Source of the DNA: Camelus ferus
Taxonomy: Eukaryota
NCBI RefSeq assembly: GCF_009834535.1
Contig: NC_045697.1
Location: forward strand, 8,124,001 to 8,188,000
Length of the DNA stretch: 64,000 nucleotides
Reading direction: 5' to 3'
Part shown: one piece after another, positions 26,330-39,479 of the stretch
Numbering within the stretch: the first letter of the stretch is position 1
Layout: each line of letters opens with the position of its first letter
Made by a program: the position numbers and the translations under genes
The notes under the pieces: generated by a model
The model's database searches: none
What the model was told of the DNA's origin: nothing
Seen by the model: only the letters and a program-made list of their open reading frames with translations

Positions 26330-27520
26330 CAGTATCCAAACACGGGCCCTGGGTACGGCGGGGGTGGTATTTCCTCTCTCCCGCAGGCTTTGGTTTTAGA
26401 ACAGGACATTAACATTTATGTCATGTTAACGTGCATCTAGGCATGGCGTGTGGCCTCCTGCCACGGACGCGGAGAAACACATACTCCAGCGCCGCCTCGG
26501 CGTGACCGCCAGGGCTCGCAGTATAAATGGAGACGCGTGTTTCCTTGCCCAGAGAGTTAATAGCGGGCGACGACTTAAATGTTTAGCCATCCCCCGTGCA
26601 CAGACTCCGGTTCGGATGTCAGGAAAGCACTAAATCTTGCTGCGCTACCAGCAGCAACCGAGCCTCACTCCCAGAGCTTATTCAGCCAGGGCAGCGTCGG
26701 CCTGAACACCCCCAAGCATCAGGGCCGCCCCGTTTTAATTATCCAGGTGATCTTGATCAACTTGCCTTAGCCTCAGTGTCCTCGTCTGTAAAGTGGCGAG
26801 ACCTGTGCGTTTGCGCGAAGACGAAAAGAGAAAATGCACTCAACAGAGGCCACCGTGGCGCCTGGCGCGCTGCAGGCGGCCAGTGCAGGGGAGTCTTCTC
26901 TCGCCCTGGTTTCTGGTTTCTGTTCCTCACCTTGCACAGCCGTAACACTGCCGTCCAAGCACCTCAGTCTCAGAGAGCAAAACTAGTTTCCCACCGCGGC
27001 ATGGCGATCAGAACCTGCCAATACCACTATGCACCTTGTCTCCCATTCTGCACAACCTGGAACCAGACCAAACCAGCAAGGAGAGGTCAGCCTCATTGAA
27101 GAGGCAAGACTGGCTACAAGGGAGCCTAGAAGGGGCGCTGCAAGCCCCTGGGGCGTGGCTCCTGCCCCTGGTCTACCTCCCGAAAAGTCTTCTCTTTCCA
27201 CCTTCGTCTCATTCGGATCTCCAACCACACGGCGTGCTCTGCGCCTGTTTCCAACCTGAAATCTCGTTCTTTTCTTTGTCCTTGCTGAGTCATGGTCCTC
27301 CCTCAGTATCCCCCAGGGGAATCGTCCCAGAGCCCCCTCGGATACCAGAGTCCGAGAATCCTCAAGTGTCTTACGTACACAGCAGGCCTCTGGATCCGCG
27401 AACGCAGAACCCGGGGTCCTGCGTTCCTCTCTGCAGCGCAGCCCTCGCTGCCCGTTGAGAAGCCCCACGTCTGCCCTCTGGGCAAGCCCTGTATGAAAGC
27501 CCCTTCGTTTCATACAGCGC
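26330..27520. promoter_or_regulatory. CpG island-like segment (candidate promoter/enhancer)
   Basis: Visibly high GC and CpG density relative to flanks; TATAAAT at 26522-26528; E2F-like tttgcgcgaa (~26810) and tggcgcg; CpGs retained even in an embedded MIR (~26740-26870). Confidence 0.6.
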
Positions 27521-28169
27521 TGCCTTTCCACTGATTGCTTAGCTGCCTGTTCCTTGCCCCATCCTTTCTTGTTACTTCAGGAGGTTAGAACTGTGTTTTC
27601 ATCTCTGGGATAGCCTTGAGTGCCTCTCCGGTCGCTAAAATGCGTGGGTTACTCAAAAAATGGGAAAATGTAATTAAATGTGCCCAACACAGATACTTCT
27701 ACAAAATCGCAGTGCAGTTGGTTCCATGTAGAGTGTGTGTGTGTACGTGTTACAATGACACTCTCAAAATAGGACCATGTGGTTGTATGCGTCTGTCTTC
27801 AACACTGAATTGTTTAAAATATGACTAAATCTTTTAACAGGCCATGCTATGACCAATACATTCATTGTGATAACGTGGTTACAAATCCTTCCATCAATGT
27901 TTGAATTGCAAACAACGAAGGAAAAAGAAAAGCAATAAACAAAGCCTGGATTTTATTCAATGAACAATAAAAAAAAATTTGAGAAGCAAGTAAAATACTT
28001 AATAGTGAAAAATGAGAATAAGCAATAAAAAATGTTATTTAGAGGCATGTAGATATTACAGAGGCAAAGTAGCTGGGAAGATGAAACTAGAAGGGGGCAC
28101 CATAGACTGTCATTTGTAAAAAAATAATAACTAAACTTACAAAATTAATTGTTTAAACCATGTACATGT

Positions 28170-31100
28170 ATTTTTTTTAATTTTTCTTTGAGTATATTGA
28201 ACATGTGGAAAATTACTCAAATCCCGTTTTACACCTTGATAAATTTTCACAAAGGGAGCATGACAAAATAACCACCAGACAGATGAAGAAATACTTGACA
28301 CCCAGAGACCCCCTTCTTTCTCTCAGCCAGTTACTAACCCCCCCTAAAATATAACCCCTTTTCTGACTTTCAATACCATAGATTAGTTCAACTTGTGTTT
28401 GAATACAAATGATATCATACACTATTTAGCTTTTTTGTTCAGCGTTAAGTATGTAAGCTTCATTTATTTTTACCAGTGTGTAGAATTTCATTACATGAAT
28501 ATGACAACATTAATTTATCCTTTCTACTGTGGTTAGGCACTACAGTGGTTCCCAGTCTGGTGACTTCATAACACTGCTATGAACATTCTTGAACAAGTTT
28601 TTTGGTGTATATAAGCAAATATTTCTGTTGATGACTGAAATTGTGGGTGCATAGGGTGTGCCCACAGTTGGAACTAAAAGATTCACACACATGGCACCCA
28701 AATTCTCATTATAATGAGAGGTTTTAATCCATTTCTTTTAGTACAGGATAAGCAAAGCAGTCAAAAGCCAGTAAGAATATTGAAGATTTACATAACACAG
28801 TGAGCCAACTTGATCATAACTTATCTATTTCTCCTTTCTGTTTTGTTCACTTCTGCTTTATAGATTATGAAGCTACATTATTAGGATACAAATTTAGAAT
28901 TATCTCTTTCTGATAAGACTAGCCCTGTAGATATAAAATGCCCTAAATTTTATTCTTGCTGAGGAACATCCTTTAGTAGTTTTTTCAACAAAGATCTGTG
29001 GGTAGTTATCCTCTGTTATGCTTTGTGCATCTAAACATGGTTTTATTTTACCTTCATTATTGAACGTTTAGAATCACAGCTTGGTAGTCATTTACCCTGA
29101 TAACTTGGTTCGTATTAACCCATGTCTTCAGGTAACTGTTGTCTCTCGTGGGGCATCTGTCGTCAATCCGAAGTTACTCTACTGTAGACAGTTCATAAGT
29201 CTATTCTCTGGACGTAGGTTCGAGATACTCCCTTTGTTTTTGTTGTTCTACAGTTTAATATGATGCATCCAAATGTGTATTTTTTAAAAAGTATTTCTTT
29301 CCATACTTGAGAAGACTTCTCAGTGTGTGGACTTAAAAATTTTCTCTCTTTTCAAACCATCTGGTAGATGTGTGATGAGTTTCTCAAAGTATGTCACATG
29401 TTTTTCAATTCTTTTAATATTTTTATCTTATGAGCCTGTGTTGTCTAGCACAGGGAACTATATCCAATAGCTTGTAATAACCTATAATGAAAAAGAACAT
29501 GAACAAGGAAAATAAAGATCTAGTGTAAATACTTTAATTCTACCATCAGTTGTGTCTTTCTCAGTTTTTATCTAACCTATTTTTTTTTAACATTTCACTA
29601 CATATATTTCCCATTTCCAAGGCTGTCAACTTTTTTTCCCCCAAATGTACCAATATATCTTTGATGGCTTCCTTGTATCATTCTAAAGAAAACATTTTTA
29701 TCCTTTAGCAAAGTAGTATTTTATGTTTAAACACACATAAACATGAATCAAATAGAAACATAAATTTAAGTAAAAATATAATAAATTCCCTTTTACACAC
29801 ACTGTACTGACTAAAGATTAGACCCTAGAAGTCTTTTTATTGTCCCTTTCCAGTTGGATTTTCCTCCTGACTAGAGTTAAACATCTCCTCTAAATTTCTA
29901 ATAACTTCCTTGATTTTCCTTAGTGGAATATAAAACCTATTGATGAAATAGATCCCAATATCCTAAATAATATATTGTTATATTGTCTAGAATAATTAAA
30001 CTTTATGCATTTCTTAATTCCTTACCCTTTGTATCTAAATATGTTTTGTTTGGCATAATAGGTTCAACCAATTTTTTTGTTTACTATTGACGTAGCAAAT
30101 ATTTTTTCACATTTTGAATTCAAATCTATTTATTTTTATATATTCTGCATATGTCCCCTATGAAACATAAAGGTGGATTTTGTTTTTAATCCACACTGAC
30201 AATTTTGCCCTTAACTAGATAGCTGAGACCGTGCACATTTTTTGTGGTCACTGCCTTATCTTGGAGTGATGACTGTTTTACTATGCGTTTTCCTTCTGCT
30301 CCATTTTTTTCTGACTCCTTTCTTTCTTGCCATCTTTTGGACTGATTGACTTTTTTTTTCTTTTTCTCCCTCTACTTGTTTGTAAATAATATACTCTATG
30401 TATGGTATTTTCACGGTTCATGGAACTAAGTGGCCAAGTATCTTTTACTTGACAAGTTTAAAATTAATCAGTGTCTTCACTCTCTTCCATAATAAAAATC
30501 TTGTGTATTCCCCATAAATTAGATATTGTCATTATTTATGCAGTCAATATTTGTTTAAAATTACCTACAAAATTACCAATATATTTTCTTGCCATTCATT
30601 TTTGTAGTGTGGATCTTTATATCCATAATTACTGTCCTTCAGTCTGAAGCACAGCAGTTTTCAGAATTTCCTTTTTTAACTGCTAAATTGTCATTTTTAT
30701 GTCTGTAACAACTGTATTTCATTTTCATTGTAAAAGATAGTTTACACATGTGGGCAATTCTAGGTTGACAAGCATCATTTTTCTCGGCATTTACAAGAAC
30801 TGTTCCAGTCTTCTGTCTTGAATTATTGCTGCTAACAAGTCCATCATCCGTCTCCCAGGCATCCCTTTCTAGGTGTCCGGTCTCTTTCCCCTGGAGATCT
30901 TGAAGTCTCTTTCATGGTGTTTGAAGGTTTCTAGGTGAGGATTTCCTTCAATTTCTCCTGCTTGGTGTTGATTCCACTGTGGGGATCTGAAGATGGGTAT
31001 TTTAAATAACTTCGTAATGTTTTCAGCCTCTACCACTTTGTTGCCTCTATACTAGTTTCTTCATCATGTCCTTCTGCAACCCTGATAAGAACATGTTAAA

Positions 31101-32900
31101 GCTTTGCATGTTAACTTTGTCTCTTAACTTCCTTTCATAGTTTTCTCTTCTCTCTCTCTGATCTCTGAGCTTTATTGTAGGCAGTTTCTTTACCTACACA
31201 TTCCACTTTAATATTTCTCTCTTCAGTTGTACGTGGTCTGCTCTTTTTGATTCTTTTTTAGATTGTGGTTAAAAATGCATAACATAAAGCTTATTATCAT
31301 AGCCATTTGTAAGTGCACAGTTCAGTAGTGTTAAGTGAATTTGTGTTGTTGCACAACCAGCCTTCAGAACTGATTTTCTTGCAACACTGAAAATCTTGTA
31401 TCTATTAAACAACTCCCCATTCCCTTCTCCCCCATACCTGGCAACCACCATTCTACCTTCTACCTCTATGAATTTGACAACTTAAGGTATCTCTTGTAAG
31501 TGTAACCATACAGTATTTGTCTTTTTGTGACTGGCTTATTTCACTTAGTATAATGTCCTCCAGGTTCATCCCTGTCATAGCCTGTGTCAGAATTTCCTTC
31601 CTTGTTAAGGCTGAGTAATATTCCATGGTATGTAAATACCATGCTTTGTTTATCCAGTCATTCATCAACGGACACTTGGGTTGCTTCTATGTTTTAGTTG
31701 TTGTTTATAATGCTGCTATGAACATAGTGTGCAAATTATCTCTTCTGCAACCTTTTATTTCTGCAACCTTTTATTTTAAAATTTAAATAAAATTTAAATT
31801 TTATTTAAATTCTGCAGGTATTTATTTTCTTTTTAAAAATTTTTGAATTGTGGCTTTTTTTAATTGAGGCATAATTGATGTATAACACTGCATTAGTTTC
31901 AGGCGTAAAGTACAATGTAATCTGTTCTTAACCTATCCACTGAGCTTTTAATTTCAATTATTACATTTTCACTTACATGTGTTTTATTTCAATTTTAAAA
32001 CTTCTTTATTATTTTATAATAATAATAACAATTAATGACAACAATAAACCTACCTTGTCCATGTTTTCAAGCTTCTTTTGTTTCTTAAACATACTAAGAA
32101 TAATTACTTTATATATTGTTTTAATCATTCAAGTATCTGAAATATTTGTAAGCAAAATTCTGTTTTCTGAGACACTTCCACCCCCACCCCAGTTGTCGTT
32201 TAGCTTGGCTTGTTTATTTGCTTGTTTTGTAATCTTTTGTTTGTTTGTTTGTTTGTTTGTTTGTTTGGAAGTTACCAATTTTCCTTGGATCTTTACCTGG
32301 GGTACAATTTGAGCCCAAAATTGAAATCATGTCTCCAGAGATAAATTTTGTTTACTCCTCTCAGGAACTCCTGAACACGATCATTTCATTACGCTTTAAA
32401 TTAAATTCTCCAATTGAAGATTAGACATGTAGGTAGCATGAATTCAGACTCTTAATCCAAGGGTTGTCTATCTTGCAGGCACTAACTTACGAAGTGTTGA
32501 GTAAGGCAAATTCCTTATTCACAGCTCTTGCACTATTATTTACCATTTATCCTCATATTAAACATGCCATCATTTGGGGTGCTAGCTGTATACAGGGGTC
32601 TCCTGCTGCACTCCCCGCTTTGGGCAGCACACCCAGTGCCTCCGTTATCAAGGGCCCCCAGGACCCGCAGCATCTGACAGCAATCCTCGAGGGGAGAAAA
32701 GCAAATGTGCCACTTCTTTAACTCTGGCTTTCACTTGTTTTGTGGCCCCTATAGATTTCAACCTTTCATATTAGCTCAGCAAACAATTTAAACTTTTAAA
32801 AAAAAATTTTTTTAAAGAATACATACATACGAGTTTCATTTTCTGTTGGGAGAAATGTTCAAAGCATATAGTGCACAGTACGGGGTAGAAGCTGCTTCCA
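28170..32900 (-). mobile_element. Cluster of old, degenerate L1M (L1ME-like) fragments with a nested L1MA/MB 3' end (~31250-31745)
   Basis: T-rich antisense L1; ORF 31453-31668 translates to the L1 ORF2 C-terminal motif (WINKAWYLHTMEYYSAL...LSEISQSQKDKY). Confidence 0.75.
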
Positions 32901-32991
32901 TTATCGACTGGAAAAACTCCAAACATTTAAAGATCCTTGTAGGTATTTTGCCCAATTCTCTTCATGTGTGGTGATGAATGTACCCATGTAT

Positions 32992-33330
32992 TCTTTTTCT
33001 TATTAGTGAAGTATAGTCAGTTTACAATATTGTGTCAATTTCTGGTGTACAGCATAATATTTCAGTCATACATCCACATACATATATTCATTTTCGCATT
33101 CTTTTTCATTATAGGTTACTATAAGATATTGAATAGAGTTCCCTGTGCTGTACAGTATAAACTTGTTTATCTATTTTATACATAATAGTTAGTATCTGCA
33201 AATCTCGAACTCCCAATTTATCCATAACCACCCCCGGCTCTGGTAACCATAAGTTTCTTTTCTATGTCTGAGTCTGTTACTGTTTTGTAAATAAGTTCAT
33301 TTGTCTTTCTTTTTTTTTTTCAGATTCCAC
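32992..33330 (-). mobile_element. Young L1 3' end (camelid-type)
   Basis: gaagtatagtcagtttacaatattgtgtcaatttctggtgtacagc...ggtaaccataagttt...agattccac. Confidence 0.9.
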
Positions 33331-35904
33331 TTTTTGATTTTAGTTGACAGCTCAGTCTCCCCAAATTCTTTTTCTCTGTTCATGCCTCTTTCTTTTAGCC
33401 ACTCTCTCAACCTTGTTTTCTTGTGTTCAGCCCAGAATCAAACCATCTGTAAGGAGTTCAGGGTTCTTGCCTCACGGGGGAAGCTAAATGCAGGTTCTGT
33501 GCAAATGTGGTTTTTAGCTCACACTCACACCAGGGATTTTCTCTTAGTTTAGTAAAGAGATTTTGCTTTCATTAGTACACGGAGCTATGAACATGTTTAA
33601 TACAGTGGAAAAAAACACATAGTAAGCACTTTTGAAAAGTAAGAAAGTCAGGACAGTGAGATGATTCTGTGCTTACGCCGTCCTTGTTAACTGGAAAGCA
33701 ATCAGTCGTCTGTCTCTGCCCTCCGTGTGGGTCTCTCCCCATCCATCTGACTTCCAGGCCTGTGCTTATTCCTCATTACCACTCAAATGTATGGAAATTA
33801 TTTTGCCACCTCTTTCACTGACAAAAGTGTTTTGAAATTTGGTTTTTCATGATTCCGTGTAGGTCACTAAGTTCATAGCAATACTCGCCTCTTGTTTCCC
33901 GACACTATTTTTCAAGAATAAAATGCCAGCTGGGCTGTCTGCTGTCTTCCTATAAATGCTCTGAGGGTGCATTTCACTGGCGTTATTGAGGAACGGGATG
34001 TTTTTATGTTCATTTGTTCTCATGAATAATTTATCAGGCAAGTTAATAACTAGTGATCACACCTAATTACCTTACATTTGAACTACGTACTTTTTAATGG
34101 TATCTTTAAATTTATCTTGTGCTAAACTTTCTCAAAGACAGTCTGAAAATGCACATCAAGACCTCTTTAAAAGTTTGTACGATACAATCCTATCAATTTG
34201 CTTATATTATTTTATTTTAGGGAACATCAATTATGGATTAATTTTCATTTACAAAGATATGAGAACTCTTCATTATAACATTTTTATGTATCTGAAAAAA
34301 TAAGACAATAAGTTGGCTGAAGGACAGAAGTAACTAAATGAATGTTGATATATCACCATGATGAAATATTCAGCCATTAAAGATGATTTTTAAGAACTTT
34401 TTGACTTTGAAAAATATGCTATGATAAGTGAAGTGATAAACATAGAAAACAAAAAATGTATAGACTATTATACCAGTTCATTCTCTCTCTCTCTCTATCT
34501 ATATGTATGTATATATAGAGAGAGATTTAGATAAATATATCTGAGACAAAACTGGGAAAAAAAAGAGATAAACCAAAAAGTCAGTTCTAATTGTCCTACA
34601 TGGTAAAATTCTGATTTTTTTTTTTTGTATTCCTTTTTTCATATTTTCTATAGTGAATATAACATTGAACCATGGAGAAAAGGTAAATGTTAATTATCAT
34701 CACACAGCTATGTTCATAACTGAGAAATTATAGAACTAGGAGAGGGGGAATGAAAGGGAAGGAAAAAAAGAAAAAAAGAGAATAAACAAAAGAAGGAAAG
34801 GACAAAGGAAGGAAACAGGGAAGGGAGGGAGGAACATGGAATGCTCTCTGTCTTGACATGTTCTATTTCATTGTTTCGATATATAAAGTAAATGCAAAAC
34901 TGAAAGTCTCTGGTCAAGAAGGATCTGGTGTTGATCACTGCCGGCACTTAAAACTCATCAGCTCAGGGTCTGCTAACATTTAGGAAAGCAAACAGCCAAC
35001 CAGGGGTTCCAAATAAAAGCACAGGGCAGAAGTCAGCAAAGATCCTTATGGCAATCTTCAAAGGCCAGCTCAGACCACACATTTGGGTGGCAGCTCACAT
35101 GGTCACCATTCAAGAATTCAGAGAAGGAACAAGAAGGGGCCGGAATCGGGATGGGGGAAGGGTGGAAGAGCTGTTTCCTGTGCCAAAACCCTGTAAACAC
35201 GTGAAGAAGCTAAGTGATGTCACATTTCAAAGAGCCTGAAGTAAACATCTGTGAGTTACAGTGAGCAGTGCCAGTATATTTCTGGTATTTGGAATGAGTC
35301 ATTTATGTTCTCCTTTTGCCATTGACAAGTTACCTGTACCACTAATACACAGATCTTGGCATGAAATTTTGATTGCCAGAAAAAATGTCTGCTCAGGCTA
35401 GCGTAAGTGAAGCATGCTTTATTGTAGGACAGCGCTGATCCATCTCACAAGGCAAAGCCAATCTCAGTTTTCCAAGAGCCGTATTGTTAATTCTGTTGGG
35501 CCCCTCCTCCCAGTCCTTCAGTCTCCTCCTTTGGTCTGGCAACTGGCTTTCTCTGTTTCATTCACAGCTTTTTCCCCAAAGCCCTTTCTGGGGTTTTCAC
35601 CTGTCACACTGCAAACACTTGACCCAACTCTGTATGACTTCTTAGTTCAGGAGTCCACAGTTTTCATCAACTCTTTCTCTCAGTGTCATGTTCTTAATTC
35701 TTTTGAGAAAATATCCTTGGGCGGGTTGGACCAGTGTAGCCCACAGTATAATCAACAGCAGCATAAGCTATGCATGTATTTAGGGTGGTCCCTCCTGAGG
35801 GCTGTGGGTGAGGTCGTCGTCCTACTAGAGTTAGCAGTTGACATGTCTGTTGCCCATACTTCTTAGGGAACAAAGAGCCATGCTTGCTTGACAGAGCACT
35901 GCGA

Positions 35905-36100
35905 GATTTGCAGAGGCTGACTGCTAGATATAAAACAGGTAAACAACAAGCTTCTACTGCATAGAACAAGGAACTCTAGTCAATATCTTGTCAGAATCTA
36001 CGATAAAGAAGAATATGAAAATGTATGTATGTACTGTATGACTGAAGGGTTATGCTGTATTAACACAACATTGTAAACTGATACATCAATAAAAAATAAT
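35905..36100 (+). mobile_element. Young L1 3' end
   Basis: tataaaacaggtaaacaacaag...cacaacattgtaaactgatacatcaataaaaa. Confidence 0.8.
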
Positions 36101-36369
36101 AATCATGTTAAAAAAACACTACTGTTTGATCATAAGGTTTCACACACTAGGAAGGAATTAGAGAGGAAAATATTTATTAAATATTAGAAGGTATACATAT
36201 GGCCGTCTACTTAATTATGTGAGACATTCTTCAAACAGCAGTTAATAAGTACTGAGTAACTACTGTGGAAAATCAGATGCTTTCCTACATGTTGTATGAT
36301 TTTACCCTCATACAAATGTTTCAGAGTTAACATTAGTGACGTGTTACAAATGAAAAAAGTTAACAAGGA

Positions 36370-37167
36370 TTCTGGTCACCAATTCTGATTTGGTGATTCT
36401 GTTCCCTACACCACCAGGCAATTCTCTGACACCAGCTGAGTGTGCTGCTCTCCAACTCACTTCTGATATGATCTACCTGGAAAGAAAGGGTCAGATCGCA
36501 CAGGTTAAGGGCTCAGCTCCACAAGACTGTCTCTCTCACAAACTTTAGAGACAGCTGCAAGCTCAGGTTGTCACCTCTGCTTCTGACAGACCATCAATAG
36601 ATTGGAGGTTCCAATGACCCCCTTCTTAGGTTCAAGTAATTTGCTAGAGTGGCTCACAGAACTCAAAGAAACGTTTCACTTACTGAATCACTGGTTTATT
36701 ATAAAAGATAAAATTCAGGAACAGTCAGATGGAGGAGGTGTGTAGGGCAAGGCGTGGAGAAAGGACATAGAACTTCCACACTGTCTCCAAGCCAGCCTAT
36801 CTCCTCAAATCTCCATGTGTCCCCCAACCCAGAAGCTCTCTGAACCCTGTCTTTTGGAATTTTTTATGGAGATTTCACTACATAGGCAGGATTGATTGAA
36901 TCATTGGCGACTGGCCATCAATTCAACCTCCACCCCTTACTTCTGCCCAGGGGTCAGGGTCTTAGGACTGGAGGTTCCAGACTTCTAAGGAGGTGGTCGG
37001 TTCCCCTGGCAACCAACTTCCAACCTCTCTTGCTTTCCACAAAGTCACCTCATTAACATAACAAAAGGCACTTTAATTGCTGTGCTCACTTAAATTCCAG
37101 GGTTTTAGGAGCTCTGCACAGAAAGGAGGACAAAAGACCACATTTATATTTCTTATTTTAGATCACA
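36370..37167 (-). mobile_element. MER21-family LTR inserted into a MIR
   Basis: Reverse-complement similarity to 7234-8150 (atctacctgg; ggttcccctggcaacca; tttaggagctctg...tatttcttattttagatcaca); MIR halves at ~36240-36365 and ~37175-37275. Confidence 0.8.
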
Positions 37168-39479
37168 GTTAATCGTGAGGATTTTGAATAATTTATCCAA
37201 GGATACAGAATTGGAATGAAGTTTCATGAAAACCCACACCTGTTTGACTGCATGAGGTAATGCTTCTCCTAAAACCTTAGTTTAGCCTAGAGTCGACCAA
37301 TGATTCACTGTGTGATCTGGTGTAAGTCACTCACTCGTCAAGACTCATATTTCTTACGTATAAAGTAAGCATACTCTTCAAGATATCTCTTGGGTCCCTC
37401 TCAGCTTTGACTTTTATGAAACTTTGATAATATTTTACTTATTATTTGGTTTTATTCTATTTCTAATCTGTGTTCCCATCCTTTGATTTTAGTAGTAGTT
37501 CTAAGTATGAGCACTACAATATTGCTAATAAAAGAAAAGGTGATCTTAATTAAAACTGATAAAAAGGTAGTTTGAGTTAAACATTAATAATTCAAGATTT
37601 TTAGATTTATGGCATGAAAACTATGACTATATCACAGATTACTTTAATAAAATTTAGCCAACCTAAATTGAGTGCCTCCATTCTTCATGGTCAGCCACTG
37701 AAAGGGACAGTAAAAAGAATGAGGTGTAGACTGCTTTACTGAGCAAGTGTTTCATGGACTTCCAAGTAAAAGCAGATGAAGCGATAGGACTCTAGAAAGT
37801 GCAAACAATGAGATCACTTGAGGGTTAGAAGGTTTGAGAAAGCTTCCGAAATAAAGGAGCATTTGAAACGTATATTAAGCACATTAGCCAAGAATAATTC
37901 TTAGCCTGAATCAATAATAATCACTGTAATTTTTAAGCAAAACTGCTGAATTTTTTTAACTTGATTTGAAATCATTTGATTGTCCTTTACATTTGTTTCT
38001 ATCAGTCCAAGTTCCACATGACAGCAGAATACATAACAAGCATCAGCACCTAGAGACAAAACGTACAGAATTCTGACTCCAGGAGCCAAACCGAGCCAGC
38101 TCCTTGGGGGAGCGCACATTCAGAACTGGAGTGCAGCTGTAAGGCTGTTTCCCTTGACTTGTGTGGCATGGGGCTGAGTGTAAAGCCTGGGAAGTGATGT
38201 GGAACCGGAATTCAGAACGATCCAGGTCCCACTGCAGTAAAAGTCTGCCTGAGAAGCAGCTGAGTACATAAAAGCTCATAAAGGAAACCAAAACAATGAT
38301 ATTCCCCATTGTGACTGTTTAGTCTTTCTGCAGAGACTCATGGGGTCCTGGCTATTATCTATTTTTAATATCATTTGACCTGAAAATTTATGCTACCATC
38401 TGGAAAAAGAGAGACTTTTTTTTTCCTCCCCTAATGTGAATATGGGTAAAGAAAAAAGATGAAGGAAGAGTCACAGAATGTTTAAGTCTTTCAAATCAGT
38501 AGATGTCACTCATTTCTTGACATTCCACAGATAACGCATTAGGCATTCCAACCGATTGATCAGTCTTCTTGCGTACATCCACTCTATCCCTTATCTGGGG
38601 CCATTGAATTCTCAAATGTAAAGTAGAAATGTGGCTGCTCTTTGAAGAGGTTTTGCTAATTGTTTCATTCATTTGCTTAGAATTTGTTACCATTCCCTCC
38701 CCTTTAGTTTAAAAGAATTCGTCAATTTTGTTTCCTCTGGGACTGAACTAAAGATCTCATTGAATTCAACAGTATCTTCACAATTCAAACATTTGATTGA
38801 GTCCCGGTGTAGGAACCTGACATATGCTGGGAATTCTGCTAGATGCCTGGGGTGTAAACACAAAAAGTTCTTATCTCTTATCAATACCACCAGGGGTCTC
38901 AGAGCCAGAAAGTCAAGGAAATAATGTAGAAGGCAGAGTTTTGTGTGCACATGCAGGGTAGAGAGCATGCATCTCGCCCAGAGGTAACACGAAGCAGTGA
39001 GAGAGGAGGTGTAAATGGTCCAGGGAAAGACGGAGAGTAGACAGCATGGAGTAATCAGAGTTCTCCTGGAGGAAACGCAGGAGTTTGTATGGACGGTAAT
39101 TTGACACGTGAACAAGGGAGAAAGGTCATCACAACTCTAATTACTTCTGTTAAATAGGCCACTCAATTAAATAGGCCATCTAAACGCCATAGCAAACATC
39201 ACAATATAATGCAAAAGACTCAGTTGTCCAGTGAAGCCAGTTTTCACCAAGGACTGTCACGCTCCATGTTAAGTTAAGGGGACAGTCTGTTCTCCTTCCG
39301 ATGTCACCTTCATGGGAGAAGAGCTACCACAGCACAACCTTCCTGTCAACTCTAAACCTCGAGGAAGAAGGAGTGACTACCTAACTGGTGATTTCAGGTT
39401 GAGAAACTAGGTGAGTGTGGCCCAACCCTCCTTTATCTTCAGCCATCTCTCAAATATTTACTGACTTTGACTGTCCCCT

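Noticed and set aside
27123..27139. Further CTCF-like motifs (also ~28088 and ~60132)
   Set aside because: Mismatches at core invariant positions
26596..27531. Long ORFs (167 aa +, 182 aa -, 140 aa +) in the GC-rich segment
   Set aside because: Overlapping on both strands, no recognisable domain, partly MIR-derived; expected from GC richness
31453..31668. ORF with a recognisable protein motif
   Set aside because: L1 ORF2 C-terminal remnant, not a host gene (the same applies to 48984-49178 and 57568-57846)
38042..38062. REST/RE1-like TCAGCACC
   Set aside because: The right half-site GGACAG is not matched at canonical spacing
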